Part shown: in pieces, positions 40,698-52,746 of the stretch
Numbering within the stretch: position 1 is the first letter of the stretch
Layout: every line of letters starts with the position of its first letter
Source: Octopus sinensis
Lineage: Eukaryota
DNA: 64,000 nucleotides
Assembly: GCF_006345805.1 (NCBI RefSeq)
Contig: NC_043024.1
Coordinates: 5,704,001 to 5,768,000 of the forward strand
Reading direction: 5' to 3'
Translations under genes and position numbers: made by a program
The notes under the pieces: generated by a model
What the model was told of the DNA's origin: nothing
The model's input: only the letters and a program-made list of their open reading frames with translations
Databases searched by the model: none

Positions 40698-41767
40698 CAA
40701 ATTGATACCAGTGATTATTATCGGTAAAGCCTGGTATTTATTCTATTGGTCTCTTATGGTGAACTGTTAAGTTAAGGGACAAGAAAGGAAATAACGGAGA
40801 AACACAAGAGAAGGGAAGTAACAGCGCACTGAAGGAAAGATGAAACAAAGGGAGAAGATAGTAGAAAAGGAGCAAAATTCACAGGTGTGAAGTGGGAGAA
40901 TTAGTGGAGAAGAGCCAAGGCAGAAGCAAGGAAAGAAAAGGAAAGTACATTAAAGGAGAAAAAAGCAGAAAAGAACAAGAGAAGGAACAGAACCAAGAGA
41001 AAGGAAAAGATGGTATGCAAAAGGAAAAGAAACAACAGGAAAGGAACTTAAGGCACAGGGTAGAGAGACGGCAGACAAAGAGCCAAAAAGACAAGAGAAG
41101 GAAAAAGAAAGAAGAAAGCAAAAAAGAGAGAAAGAGAGAAACCGAGGGAGGAGAAAAAAGAGGAAGTAAGTCCTAAGAGAAAAACTAGAGAAAACGTAGT
41201 ACGAATAGAAAATTCAAATACTATGGAACGTTGATCCATCACAAGCACTGTGAGGAGATGGAAGATTTAATAAGCGTAACAAACGGATATACGTGGGTCA
41301 GGATGGGCACCGAATGGAAAGAAACAGGTGCACTCGTCCACGAGAACGACGCCGAGGTGTTCATCGAGGCAGCTGGCGAGAACGTGTTAAAACATATGAA
41401 ATGCCGACTTACAAGGTGGCCTCGAACGATGGAAGTTTACTCAGATTTGGTAGACATAATGGAGTATATATAAAAGAAAAGGTATTGTGAAAACTTTAAT
41501 TTGGAAATGATAAAAAGAACTTTAAATTCTGAAAAAAAAAAAAAAGAAATGTTGAACTTTGTAAAACTTTTGAAATGTAATTGAAAAATGTATAAAATGT
41601 TTTATTTGGAAAATATTGTTGACGAATAAAAATAGATGACGAAATGTAACCGCTCGATTTCGGGGATCGAGTGGGCATTGCATTGCACCACATGTACAAA
41701 CTTCATTATTCATTTTCCCGATTGTATTGTCCCATCTATGTAGCCCCTAGTGGGTAATAATAAAACA
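40698..41767 (+). mobile_element. 5'-truncated retroposed insertion with 15 bp TSD inside a family 1 SINE
   Basis: TSD ACCCACATATACATA at 40683-40697 and 41768-41782; 3' end TGTAGCCCCTAGTGGGTAATAATAAAA resembles the family 2 SINE tail. Confidence 0.7.
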
Positions 41768-41980
41768 ACCCACATATACATATATTTAATGGGTTTCTAC
41801 CAAAATCCACTCACAGGGCTTTGGTTGGCCCAAGGCTATAGCAGAAGACACTTGCCCAAGATGCCACTCAGTGGGATTGAACCTGCAACCAGGTGGTTAA
41901 GAAACAAACTTCTTACCACTTAGCCACGCAGCCACACTCATACCTGTGTGCATATGTGTATACACACACACACATACACA

Positions 41981-42342
41981 CTTTTATTCTTTTGCTTCTT
42001 TTAATCATTTTGACTGTGGCCATGGTGTAGTGGCACCTTTCAGTTGAAGAAATTGACCCTTGGACTTATTCTATGTAAGCCTGGTATTTATTCCATCGGT
42101 CTCTTTTGCCAAACTGCTATGTTATGGGGACGTTAACACACCAACATCAGTTGTCGAGCAACGGTGGACACACGCACACACATATGATGAGCTTCTTTCA
42201 GTTTCCGTCTACCAAATCCACTCACAAGGCTTTGGTCAGCTCGATGCTATGGTAGAAAACACCTGCCCAAAGGGCCATGCAGTGGGACTGAACCTGAAAC
42301 CATGTGGTTGGGAAGCAAGCTTCTTACCACAAAGCCATGCAT
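41981..42342 (-). mobile_element. tRNA-derived SINE, family 1
   Basis: Reverse-complement match. Confidence 0.8.
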
Positions 42343-43400
42343 GTAAAAAATCAAATTTTCAGGATCTGATAGAATTAAGACCTTTAAATAACAAAGGTAT
42401 CAAAGTAATCAGGGAAAGCACACCTGTGCATTAATGTGTGTGTCTTTGTCCTCCTCCCATTCCCTGACAACTGGTGTTGGTTTGTTTATGTCCCTAGCTT
42501 AACTAAATACATATTTGTCCCTCCAGTTATGTATACATTCACAAGTTTTGACCAAATACACAACATATACATGAAGTCACACAGGAGTACACTCCAGCAT
42601 ATGTTTTACAGTTGACTATTGGCTCATGGTCCAACAGGAAAGGTTCTGAGTATGGTCTCTCTCATTCTCTTTTCCTTCCTCTCTGGCCGTGAAGCCATAC
42701 ACCTGCTTCTGCCTCTGTCACACTCTCACCTTTCATCATTTGACTCAAGGCCACCTCCTCCAAAGTCCCCGTCCCCTCTCAAAATTCCTTGTCTTGAAAG
42801 TTATTTGTTGACCCTGCTGGTACTGGTGTCGTGTAAAAAGCATCCAGTCCACGCTGTGAAGTGGTTGGCATTTGAAAGGGCATCCAGCTGTAAAAACTAT
42901 GCCCAAACTTACCTCTCCTGTACTGGTGCCAAGTAAAAAGCACTCAGTCCACTCTGCAGGCTAGTTGGTGTTAAGAAGCACGTCCAGCCACAAAAACCCT
43001 ATCAAAACAAACCCAGTAGTCTGGGGTAGTCTTCTTATTTCTTTACTGCCCACAAGGGGCTAAACATAGAGAGGACAAACAAGGACAGACAAAGGGATTA
43101 AGTCGATTACATCGACCCCCAGTGCATAATTGGTACTTAATTTATCGACCCCGAAAGGATGAAAGGCAAAGTCGACCGTGGCAGAATTTGAACTTAGAAC
43201 ATAATGACAGACGAAATACCGCTAAGCATTTTGCCTGGTGTGCTAACGGTTCTGCCAGTAAGGAAAGCGGACATTAAATGATGATGATGATATATCTATA
43301 TATATATATATATAAATTAAATTAGAGATAAAACCACTAATAGGCAAATCAAACAGTGAAAAACATAAACTAAAACATAGAAAAAATAATATAAAATACT

Positions 43401-43435
<35 letters not shown>

Positions 43436-44481
43436 AAAACATTGATTGCATATGTTCACTGCATGTGTTTTGTTTCTTCGCCAGATGGCACTTGGGAACA
43501 AATAGTTTTTATCCCACAGTAAATTCAGCAAACAAACAAAATGCATACATTGAGTATGTGCAATCAATAATGTTTGTCACTAATTCTGCTTTTTAATTCA
43601 TTAATGTGTTTTCATTTGATATAGATGCACATCTGCAAATCTAGGATGTTTGTGAGGAGGTGCCTGTGTTGTGTAAAAAGAACAGGTTTGTATGTGTTTG
43701 TAAAGAAAAGTATGATACTCATGATTAACCAACCATGCTGAAAGCCAATTATGTAACACAAGGAAGTGTCACAACTGGTGTAGCAACATTTTTGTCAGTT
43801 GCTATAATGGCAAAAAGGCTGCAGAGAGAGAGAAAGAAGCATTTAAAGTGGTTAACCAGATTATGAAGGTTGTGCTTTATAACTCTTATATAACACTGGA
43901 AGGTGTCATTACTAATGACTGGTGGAGCAGTATCTTTGTCAACTGGTGGACTGGGTTATGAAAGTTACTGTGAAAGGGCTATAAAGCACAACTGGTTGTG
44001 AGGATAATCAATGTTGGAGAAATGCAGTTTAAGTTTATACCAGTAATTGTTTCTTTGTCAGAATAGAGGGGAAATTGTGTTACTTGTGTATGGAGCATGA
44101 TGTTGAACGATAGCAAAGGTTTAGTTGTGAATATGGAAGATTTATAAAGGCAAATAAATATAGCAAGCATGTAGTACTGGATGTGTAATGTTAAAGCGTA
44201 TGAAAAGTATGTGTATATCATCATCGTTTAACATCCGTTTTCCATGCTAGCATGGGTTGGACGGTTCAACCGGGGTCTGGGAAGCCAGGAGGCTGCACCA
44301 GGGTCCAGTCTGATCTGGCAGTGTTTCTACAGCTGGATGCCCTTCCTAACGCCAACCACTCCATGAGTGTAGTGGGTGCTTTTTACGTGCCACCAGCACA
44401 GGTGCCAGGGGAGGCTGGAAATGGTCACGATCGGTTGGTGCTTTTTACGTGTCACCGGCACGGAAGCCAGTCGAGGCGGCG

Positions 44482-44520
<39 letters not shown>

Positions 44521-45793
44521 CTTTTACTCTTTTATTTGTTTGTCATTTGACTGTGGCCATGCTGGAGCACCGCCTTTAAGTCAAGCAAATCAACCCCAGG
44601 ACTTATTCTTTGTAAGCCTAGTACTTATTCTATCAGTTCCTTTTGCCGAACCGCTAAGTTACAGACGTAAACTCGCCAGCACCAGTTGTCAAGCGATGTT
44701 GGGGGGGGGGGAACAGACACACACACACACATCCTCCTCTTATCACTTTCCCTCCTCCCATATCACACATGCTGGTTCTATCCAACCTTGTTATCAACAA
44801 TCCTCATGCAGCTGCCTCTCTCTCATCACCCTTTTGTCCCTTACAACATTCTCCCTTCTCTCAACAGTTCTCGTTCATTACTTTCTCTTCTCCCACCACC
44901 ACCACCACCCTTGCATTCATATTGGTCCTACCCAATCTACTTAAAAATTACCCCTCATGGAGCTGTTACCCTCTTGTTCCCTTCTCCCACCCAGTTATGT
45001 GGGACAGAACCAAACAAATGTCTGGTGACAGCAAACAGAAATGAGGGACAAAGACAACCTCTTGGTGCTGGTGGATGAATAAACACAACATTCTTTGGTC
45101 TTTGGAAGGACAAGATACTGCCTCCTTAGTGCTGGTGCCACAGTTGCCAGCCTCGTCTGGCCCCCGTGCCAGTGGCACATAAAAAGCACCATAAAAAGCT
45201 CACAATCATGATGTAGTGAGTTCAAGCTGTATTGGCCCCTTTTACCTTTCCCTTCGATAACATCGGTGGTGCAGAGAGGGGAGATTGGTATGCATGGGCA
45301 ACTTCTGATCTTCCTTAAACAACTTTGCCCAGACTTGTACCTTAGGTGCAATCCCATGATCATTATAACCAAAAGAAGTCTTTACTCTTTTTAAACACCC
45401 AGTAGGCTCTGTGAAGTGATTGGAAAAACACTCCCAGACTAAGAAATCTTGTGAAACGAAAAACAGAACAAACTCATGAGGTGTGGCCTCCAAGCATAAC
45501 AGCTTTCTTATTCTGAATAATCGACTGAGTCAGGATTTGTCAAACCCTTCCCAGCATAGAATAACAGATGTAAAAATGATATAAATAATAATAATAATAA
45601 TAATGCTAATATCTAAATACAAGGGCATTTATTGGTGTTGACATATATTCAGCAACACAATTGATTGTTTCCAGTTCAAGACATTCGTACACAAAACAAG
45701 GTTGTTGTTAAGTTTGTTTACTAACATGTTTCTATGTGTGTATTATATTTTTGTCTGTAAGTGTGTGTGTATAAAAATGCATAAATGTGTGTA

Positions 45794-46180
45794 GACATAG
45801 GTGTGGCTGTGTGGTAAGAAGTTTGCTTCCCAACCACATGGTTCCAGGTTCAGTGCCACTGTGTGGCACCTTGGCCACGTATCTTCTATATCCTCGGACC
45901 AACAAAATCCTTGTGAGTAGATTTTAGTAGATGGGAACTGAAAGAAGCCCATTATATGTGTGTGTGTGTGTATATATATATATTTGTGTGTCTATGTTTC
46001 CCCCCACCATCACTTGAGAACCAATGTCGGTGTGTTTACATCCATGTAACTTAGCAGTTCGGCTAGAGACCAATAGAATAAGTACTAGGCTTACAAAGAA
46101 TGTCCTGGGGTTGATTTGTTCAACTAAAAGTGTGCTCCAGCATGGCCACAGCTAAATGATTGAAATAGGTAAAAAGAAAA
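45794..46180 (+). mobile_element. tRNA-derived SINE, family 1
   Basis: Match to the family consensus. Confidence 0.85.
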
Positions 46181-46274
46181 AAAAAAGCATGTTTATGATT
46201 TGTGTGTGTGTGTCTGGCTTTTACGTGTGTGGTTTGTGGGAGGAAATGGTTAAGCCTTGCAGGCCTGGTCAAGC

Positions 46275-47483
46275 CTACACATACACACACACACACACAC
46301 AGTCCTGGTCACACACACACATACAGATATATACACATACACACTCACATACACACTCACATACACATACACACACACACACTCACACACACACACACTC
46401 ACACACACATACACACTCACACACATACACACTCACACACATACACACTCACACACATACACACTCACACACATACACACTCACACACATACACACTCAC
46501 ACACATACACACTCACACACATACACACTCACACACATACACACTCACACACATACACACTCACACACATACACACTCACACACATACACACTCACACAC
46601 ATACACTCTCACTTACATACACTCTCACTTACATACACTCTCACTCACATACACACTCACTCACTCACATACACACTCACTCACTCACATACACACTCAC
46701 TCACTCACATACACACTCACTCACATACACACTCACTCACATACACACTCACTCACATACACACTCACTCACATACACACTCACTCACATACACACTCAC
46801 TCACATACACACTCACTCACATACACACTCACTCACATACACACTCACTCACATACACACTCACTCACATACACACTCACTCACATACACACTCACTCAC
46901 ATACACACTCACTCACATGCACACATACACACACACATACACACACATACACACACACACATACACACACACACATACACACACACAACATACACACACA
47001 ACATACACACACACACATACACACACACACATACACACACACACATACACACACACATACACACACACATACACACCACACATACACACACACCACATAC
47101 ACACACATACAAACACATACAAACACACACACACACACACATACACACACACAAACATACACACAAACATACACACACACACAAACATACACACACACAA
47201 ACATACACACACAAACATACACACAAACATACACACACAAACAACACACACATACAACACACAAACATACACACACAAACACACACACAAACATACACAC
47301 ACAAACATACACACACACACATACACACACAAACATACACACACAAACATACACACACAAACATACACACACAAACATACACACACAAACATACACACAC
47401 AAACATACACACACAAACATACACACACAAACATACACACACAAACATACACACACAAACATACACACAGACACACACACATA
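46275..47483 (+). repeat. ~1.2 kb CA-rich minisatellite (CACACATACACACT, CACTCACATACA, CACAAACATACA units)
   Basis: Direct reading; three successive unit variants. Confidence 0.98.
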
Positions 47484-48244
47484 CCCCTATTAGAATTTCA
47501 CAAACATCCCAAGCCCATCTCAATTGCTGTCAACACAAAATAACTTGAAAACATTTTTATTAAAAAAAATGTTAAAAAAATGAAATAAAAGAAATGAAAT
47601 ATTTTTATTTTTAAACAAAGCAATTTATTTTCAATTACATTAACAATTTTGCAAGCACAAAATAAACTAATTAATTATTAATCATTTCTTGAACCAATTT
47701 AATGACATTTAAATTAAATGGAAATTTATTGGTGGTGTCACTGTTGTCACTTTAGACTCGTTAATCATCGTTATTAATTAGCATCATTGCAAACATCACT
47801 ATGCAGTTGTTGCCATAACTGTCATCACCATCATCATCATCATCAAATAGTCACTATTGATGCAGCTGCTATCACTATTCTCCCCATCATCATAATCACC
47901 ATCATATGTGGCAGTGTGTCGTAAGCGCCACCTTGGCCATTTTTAAGGTTAGTATATCATTTTCTTTGTCTCTAGAATCCGACAACGTTGGGAAGAAAAA
48001 ATGGTGAAGCTTACAATAAGGTCGAAAATCCAACTGAAAAAAATTGTACCTTGATGTTATTGACACGATGCTCAGTCACCCAAACTCGGACCAGAGAGTT
48101 TAGTAACACACCACCGTAAGCACACAAGCTCAGTCAATAACTCTGGTGTGGTCCCTTTATCGTTTTCCGAGGTGTTATGCCTCATTTTCTAATATTCCTC
48201 GTTACCATCGTAACGATAATGTGCTGTTATTATCTTACTATTCT

Positions 48245-48657
48245 CTCTTTACTCTTTTACTTGTTTCAGTCATTTGACTGTGGCCATGCTGGAGTACCGC
48301 CTTTAATCGAGCAACTTGACCCCGGGACTTATTCTTTCTAAGCCCAGTACTTATTCTATCGGTCTCTTTTGCCGAACCGCTAAGTGATGGGGACATAAAC
48401 ACACCAGCATCGGTTGTCAAGCGATGATGGTGGGGGACAAACACAGACACACAAACACACACACACATACATATATATACACACAGATATGCAGACGGGC
48501 TTCTTTCTGTTTCCGTCTAACAAATCCACTCACAAGGCTTTGGTCGGCCTGAGGCTATAGTAGAAGACACTTGCCCAAGGTGCCATGCAGTAGGACTGAA
48601 CCCGGAACCATGTGGTTGGTAAACAAGCTACTTACCACACAGCCACTCCTGCACCTA
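48245..48657 (-). mobile_element. tRNA-derived SINE, family 1
   Basis: Full-length reverse-complement match. Confidence 0.9.
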
Positions 48658-48831
48658 TAGTTGAAATTTATAAAAAAAAAAACCAAGACAAAGACAGGTG
48701 TATGAACAACATGCAGGTGCGTTAGTTTGATGCTCTTAAAGATACTTACCTTGGTATACTAAAACACAATCAATATCTTGGGCAGTGGGTGGGTCTCTGT
48801 TTTTTCTAGGTTTCATCTTTCGGATGTATAC

Positions 48832-49292
48832 ATCATCATCATTGTTTAATGTCCTCTCTCCATGCTAGCATGGGTTGGACGATTTGACTGAGGACTGACG
48901 AACCAGATGGCTGCACTAGGCTCCAATCTTGATCTGGCAGAGTTTCTACAGCTTGATGCCCTTCCTAACGCCAACCACTCCGAGAGTGTAGTGGCTGCTT
49001 TTACGTGCCAGTCGGGCGGTACTAGCAATGGCTGTGCTCAAATGGTGTTTTTTACATGCCACCTGCACAGGAGCCAGTCCAGCGGCACTGGCAACGACCT
49101 CACTCGAATGCTTTTTCACATGCCACTGGCACAAGTACCAGTAAGGCGACGCTCGTAACGTTCATGCTTGAATGGTGCTTTTTACATGCCACCAGCATGG
49201 AAGCCAGTTAGCCGCTCTGGCAACAATCACACTCGGATGGTGCTCTTAGTGCTCCACCAGCATGGATGCCAGTCTTCGAAATTGATTTTGAT
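48832..49292 (-). mobile_element. Non-autonomous RTE-type element
   Basis: (CAT)n followed by the reverse-complement family sequence with several internal tandem units. Confidence 0.75.
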
Positions 49293-49690
49293 TTCTCTCG
49301 TGTCACCATTCTCTTCAAAAAAGAGGATCATCTTCATGTTTCTGCAATGAATCGTAGATGGAAATTTATTGGTCAACGTTACTCTTTCCACCGACGTTGA
49401 ACCCAAACAGCAAACCTGCTGATGTAACAAAGTTTATGCAGAGGTCTTCAACACTCAGTTTGGATATTTGGGGATTATCTGCAATCATTGTGGTTGTATC
49501 ACTGGGATTAGTGTCGCTGTTAATCTCAGTTGACCAGACATAGTCAGGTGCATCTTGAATCAAAATCTTGAAAACCACTTCTGGCAAACATTCCATAACC
49601 GCATCTTCTTTCAGCTCTTTAGTTAAGAGATGTGGAATTATATACATTATTTACATTTGACAGGTATTTGTCCTCATCTTGTTTGTTGTT

Positions 49691-49736
49691 AACACAACGT
49701 TTCGGCTGATATACCCCCCAGCCTTCATCAGGTGTC
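49691..49736 (-). ncRNA. Minimal type I hammerhead ribozyme motif (intact core)
   Basis: Minus strand GACAC-CTGATGA-A-GGCTG(10 nt loop)CAGCC-GAAACGTT-GTGTT: stem I GACAC/GTGTT, stem II GGCTG/CAGCC, palindromic ACGT stem III as in PLE minimal hammerheads. Confidence 0.75.
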
Positions 49737-49965
49737 TTGGGGAAATTTCAAACCTAGGTTCTCGTTCTTAAGGTATTTTTCGATTTTGTTGTTGTTATTA
49801 TTATTATTCAAGTCACTGCCTGGAATCGAACTCGGAATTTTGGGGTTAAGAGCACAGGCTACTAACCCTAAGATGCTAAGTTCGATTCCAGGCAGTGACC
49901 TGAATAATAATAATAATATTGAAAAATACCTGAGAAATGAGAACCCAGGTTCAAAATTTCCCCAA

Positions 49966-50011
49966 GACACCTGATGAAGGCTGGAGGGTATATCAGCCGA
50001 AACATTGTGTT
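49966..50011 (+). ncRNA. Minimal hammerhead motif, stem III decayed (ACGT to ACAT)
   Basis: GACAC-CTGATGA-AGGCTG..CAGCC-GAAACATT-GTGTT. Confidence 0.55.
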
Positions 50012-50464
50012 AACAACAAAAAAGATGAGGATAAATATCTGTCAAATGAAAATAAAGCATCTTTGTACACAGCATTTAGCTTCCTGCAGGTTTCCACCAT
50101 TTTCTTGCCTTTTCTTTAAAACAAGGAAACGTGATTTTGATAATGTTTTGGCTCTCCATTTTCAGAGTGATTCCCAAGCACACACAATACAACCTGTCTC
50201 ATTGCAAGTTTGTCGAACTAAGTTGAAATGTCAAACATCTACCCAGTACATGTGTGAGATAGGTATTTGTCTGAGTGCTTGAAGTGTAGTGTTGACAAAA
50301 ACTAAACCTTGTGGCCAATTCAGTATTTTACCTTTGTCTCCAATAGCAATTGCTTGTTTCTTTTTGTTGTTGTTTTTTCATCTATATTCCTCACACTCTA
50401 TTTCTTCTGTTTTATCGTTTCATTCTCCGGTGCCGTTTCTGTGTGATGTGGTTGATGCCAAAAG

Positions 50465-50615
50465 GGGATTACCAGTTTGTATGCAACCTTGAGAGTTGTG
50501 GCAAGACCTTCCTCACATCATACAGTTTAAAGACACATGTTCGGGTACACACAAAGGAAAAGCCATATGAGTGTGACATGAAAGGCTGTGAAAAAGCATT
50601 TAATACTTTGTACAG
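50465..50615 (+). CDS. MTF1: MTF-1 coding exon 4 (finger 2 and start of finger 3)
   Basis: ccaaaag|GG GAT TAC...AG|gtgagc; [51 protein letters not shown]. The AAG acceptor is fixed by phase. Confidence 0.95.
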
Positions 50616-50899
50616 GTGAGCAACTCTCTCTCTCTATCACTCTCTCACACACACACACACACACACTCACACTGATACACATGTTTAGAAATACAATTAT
50701 GCACACATACACACACACATACTTGCTCACATAAATAAATGCACACATGTTCTCACACACATATAGATACATGCATAGGAAGGGCATCCAGCTGTAGAAA
50801 CTTTGCCAGACCAGATTGAGCCTGGTGCAGCCTCCTGGCTTCCCAGACCCAGTCAAACTGTCCAACCCATGCCAACATGGAAAGTGGACGTTAAACAAC

Positions 50900-50957
<58 letters not shown>

Positions 50958-51904
50958 TCATCATCATCACCATCATCGTTTAACGTCCGCTTTCCATGCT
51001 AGCATGGGTTGGACGGTTCAACTGGGGTCTGGCAAGCTCGAGGGCTGCACCAGGCCAGTCAGATCTGGCAGTGTTTCTACAGCTGGATGCCCTTCCTAAC
51101 GCCAACCACTCCGAGAGTGTAGTGGGTGATTTTAAATAAGATAATGGAGAAACAATTTAGTTTGTACATCAACTTTTGGATATTAGAATGTTGAATTATT
51201 TATTCATTTAACAAAATGAAAACCTTAATAGCATATATATATATATACCTTATAATTCAATACATATAAGATAAGAATACAAATTATAAAAATCATAATA
51301 TATATTATTGAAGTCACCTGTTTAATACAATAAGTTAATTGCATTGCAGTTAAAAACATTTATGTATTAAGAATTTGGGTACTTTACCAACAGTATATTG
51401 GATAAATACTATCCATTAGTGGGTTGCACCCATAACCCCTAACTTACTTTGTGTTATATATGTATATATATATATATATATTTAGCATTTAAACTGGCCA
51501 TACTTGGTCAAAATATTCTACCTGTTTTATGCTCAAACTGGCCACCTACTCTACAATACCATTCTAAAAATTGTTACCTTATCAAAATCCAGAAGCTACA
51601 AAATAATACATGATTAACACAAAGGAATGTGAATAAATAAATATTACATTTGACAGAAGAATCTGAATGCCAGAGGGTTAACTTAGCCATATTTGGCCCA
51701 AATACTCTCCCTGTTTTGTGTTCAAACTGGCCAGATCCAGCCTTTCTTACCCATCTTACAATATCGTTCTTAAAATCTATAATCACATCATGAAAATCTT
51801 GAAGCTATGACATAATCCATGGTTGATTCAAAACATGAATAGACAAGCATTAGATTTGACGGAGTAATCTCAATGCTGAAGAGTTAAAAACTAGTTTATT
51901 TCTT

Positions 51905-52455
51905 TCATCATCATTATCATCATCATCATCATCGTTTAATGTCCGTTTTCCGTGCTAGCACGGGTTGGACGGTTCGACCAGAGTTTGGGAAGCCAGGAGG
52001 CTGCACCAGGCTCCAGTCTGATCTGGCAGTGTTTCTACAGCTAGATGCCCTTCCTAACGCCAACCACTCCGTGGGTGTAGTGGATGCTTTTTACATGCCA
52101 CCGGCACAGGTGCCAGGGGAGGCTGGCAATGGCTATGATCGGTTGGTGCTTTTTACGTGCCACCTGCATGGAAGCTAGTCAAGGCGGAGCTGGCATCGGC
52201 CACGTTTGGATGGTGATTTTTACGTGCCACCGGCACAGGTATCACAACTACAATTTCCATTTGATTTTTATTTCGATGTTGATGTACTTGACTCAATAGG
52301 TCTCCTGAAGCACAGGAGGTCACGTGCCACCGGCACAGAAGCCAGTCAGGGTGGCGCTGGCATCAGCCACGTTTGGATGGTGCTTTTTACGTGCCGCCGG
52401 CGCAGGTATCACAACTACAATTTCCATTTGATTTTTATTTTGATGTTGATGTACT
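51905..52455 (-). mobile_element. Non-autonomous RTE-type element with internal duplication, just upstream of the exon 5 acceptor
   Basis: (CAT)n start; ACAGGTATCACAACTACAATTTCCATTTGATTTTTATTT block present twice. Confidence 0.75.
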
Positions 52456-52504
52456 TTCTGTTTTATTACTCTTTTTTCTTTTCTGTCCTTGTCCCTCTCT
52501 CTAG

Positions 52505-52636
52505 GTTACGTGCCCATCAGCGCTTACACACTGGAGATACGTTTAACTGCGATGAAAACGGGTGCACAAAATACTTCACCACATTGAGTGATCTACGGAA
52601 GCACATTCGAACGCATACCGGGGAACGGCCTTACAA
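52505..52636 (+). CDS. MTF1: MTF-1 coding exon 5 (end of finger 3, finger 4)
   Basis: ctctctag|...AA|gtacgt; [44 protein letters not shown]. Confidence 0.97.
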
Positions 52637-52746
52637 GTACGTATCTCTTTCATGTTGTGTTACATTCGCAGAAGACATCAGAATAACAGAAATCCTACCT
52701 GGTAGATAGACAGACCCTCGATACACACAGCTTCCCTTTCATGGTG

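Larger units (their letters stand above)
49612..50056. mobile_element. Inverted-dimer element with tRNA-like head and hammerhead-bearing Penelope-type 3' end (copy A)
   Basis: About 200 bp arms in inverted orientation with a 35 bp unpaired tail at left; central GTTCGATTCC B-boxes; hammerhead core in each arm; TSD-like GCATCTTCTTT / GCATCTTT; interrupts a mariner relic. Confidence 0.8.
49290..50159 (-). pseudogene. Mariner (Tc1/mariner) transposase relic, N-terminal half, split by the 49612-50056 insertion
   Basis: Minus-strand pieces KGKKMVETCRKLNAVYK(E)DAV, CQKWFSRF, QDAP, STEINSD, TTTMIAD..QISKLSVE, YISRFAVWV, ISIYDSLQKHEDDP, LKRMVT, with frameshifts. Confidence 0.8.

Noticed and set aside
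46156-47548. His/Thr-rich and Cys/Val-rich ORFs that could look like metal-binding proteins
   Set aside because: Artefacts of the CA-rich minisatellite, open in all frames.
48990-49265. Repeat-spacer appearance suggesting a CRISPR-like array
   Set aside because: Eukaryotic retroelement; the spacers are homologous to each other and there are no cas genes.
50425-50464. PFLCDVV frame upstream of exon 4 resembling a zinc-finger start
   Set aside because: Out of frame with finger 2, no AG acceptor, no second Cys or His pair.
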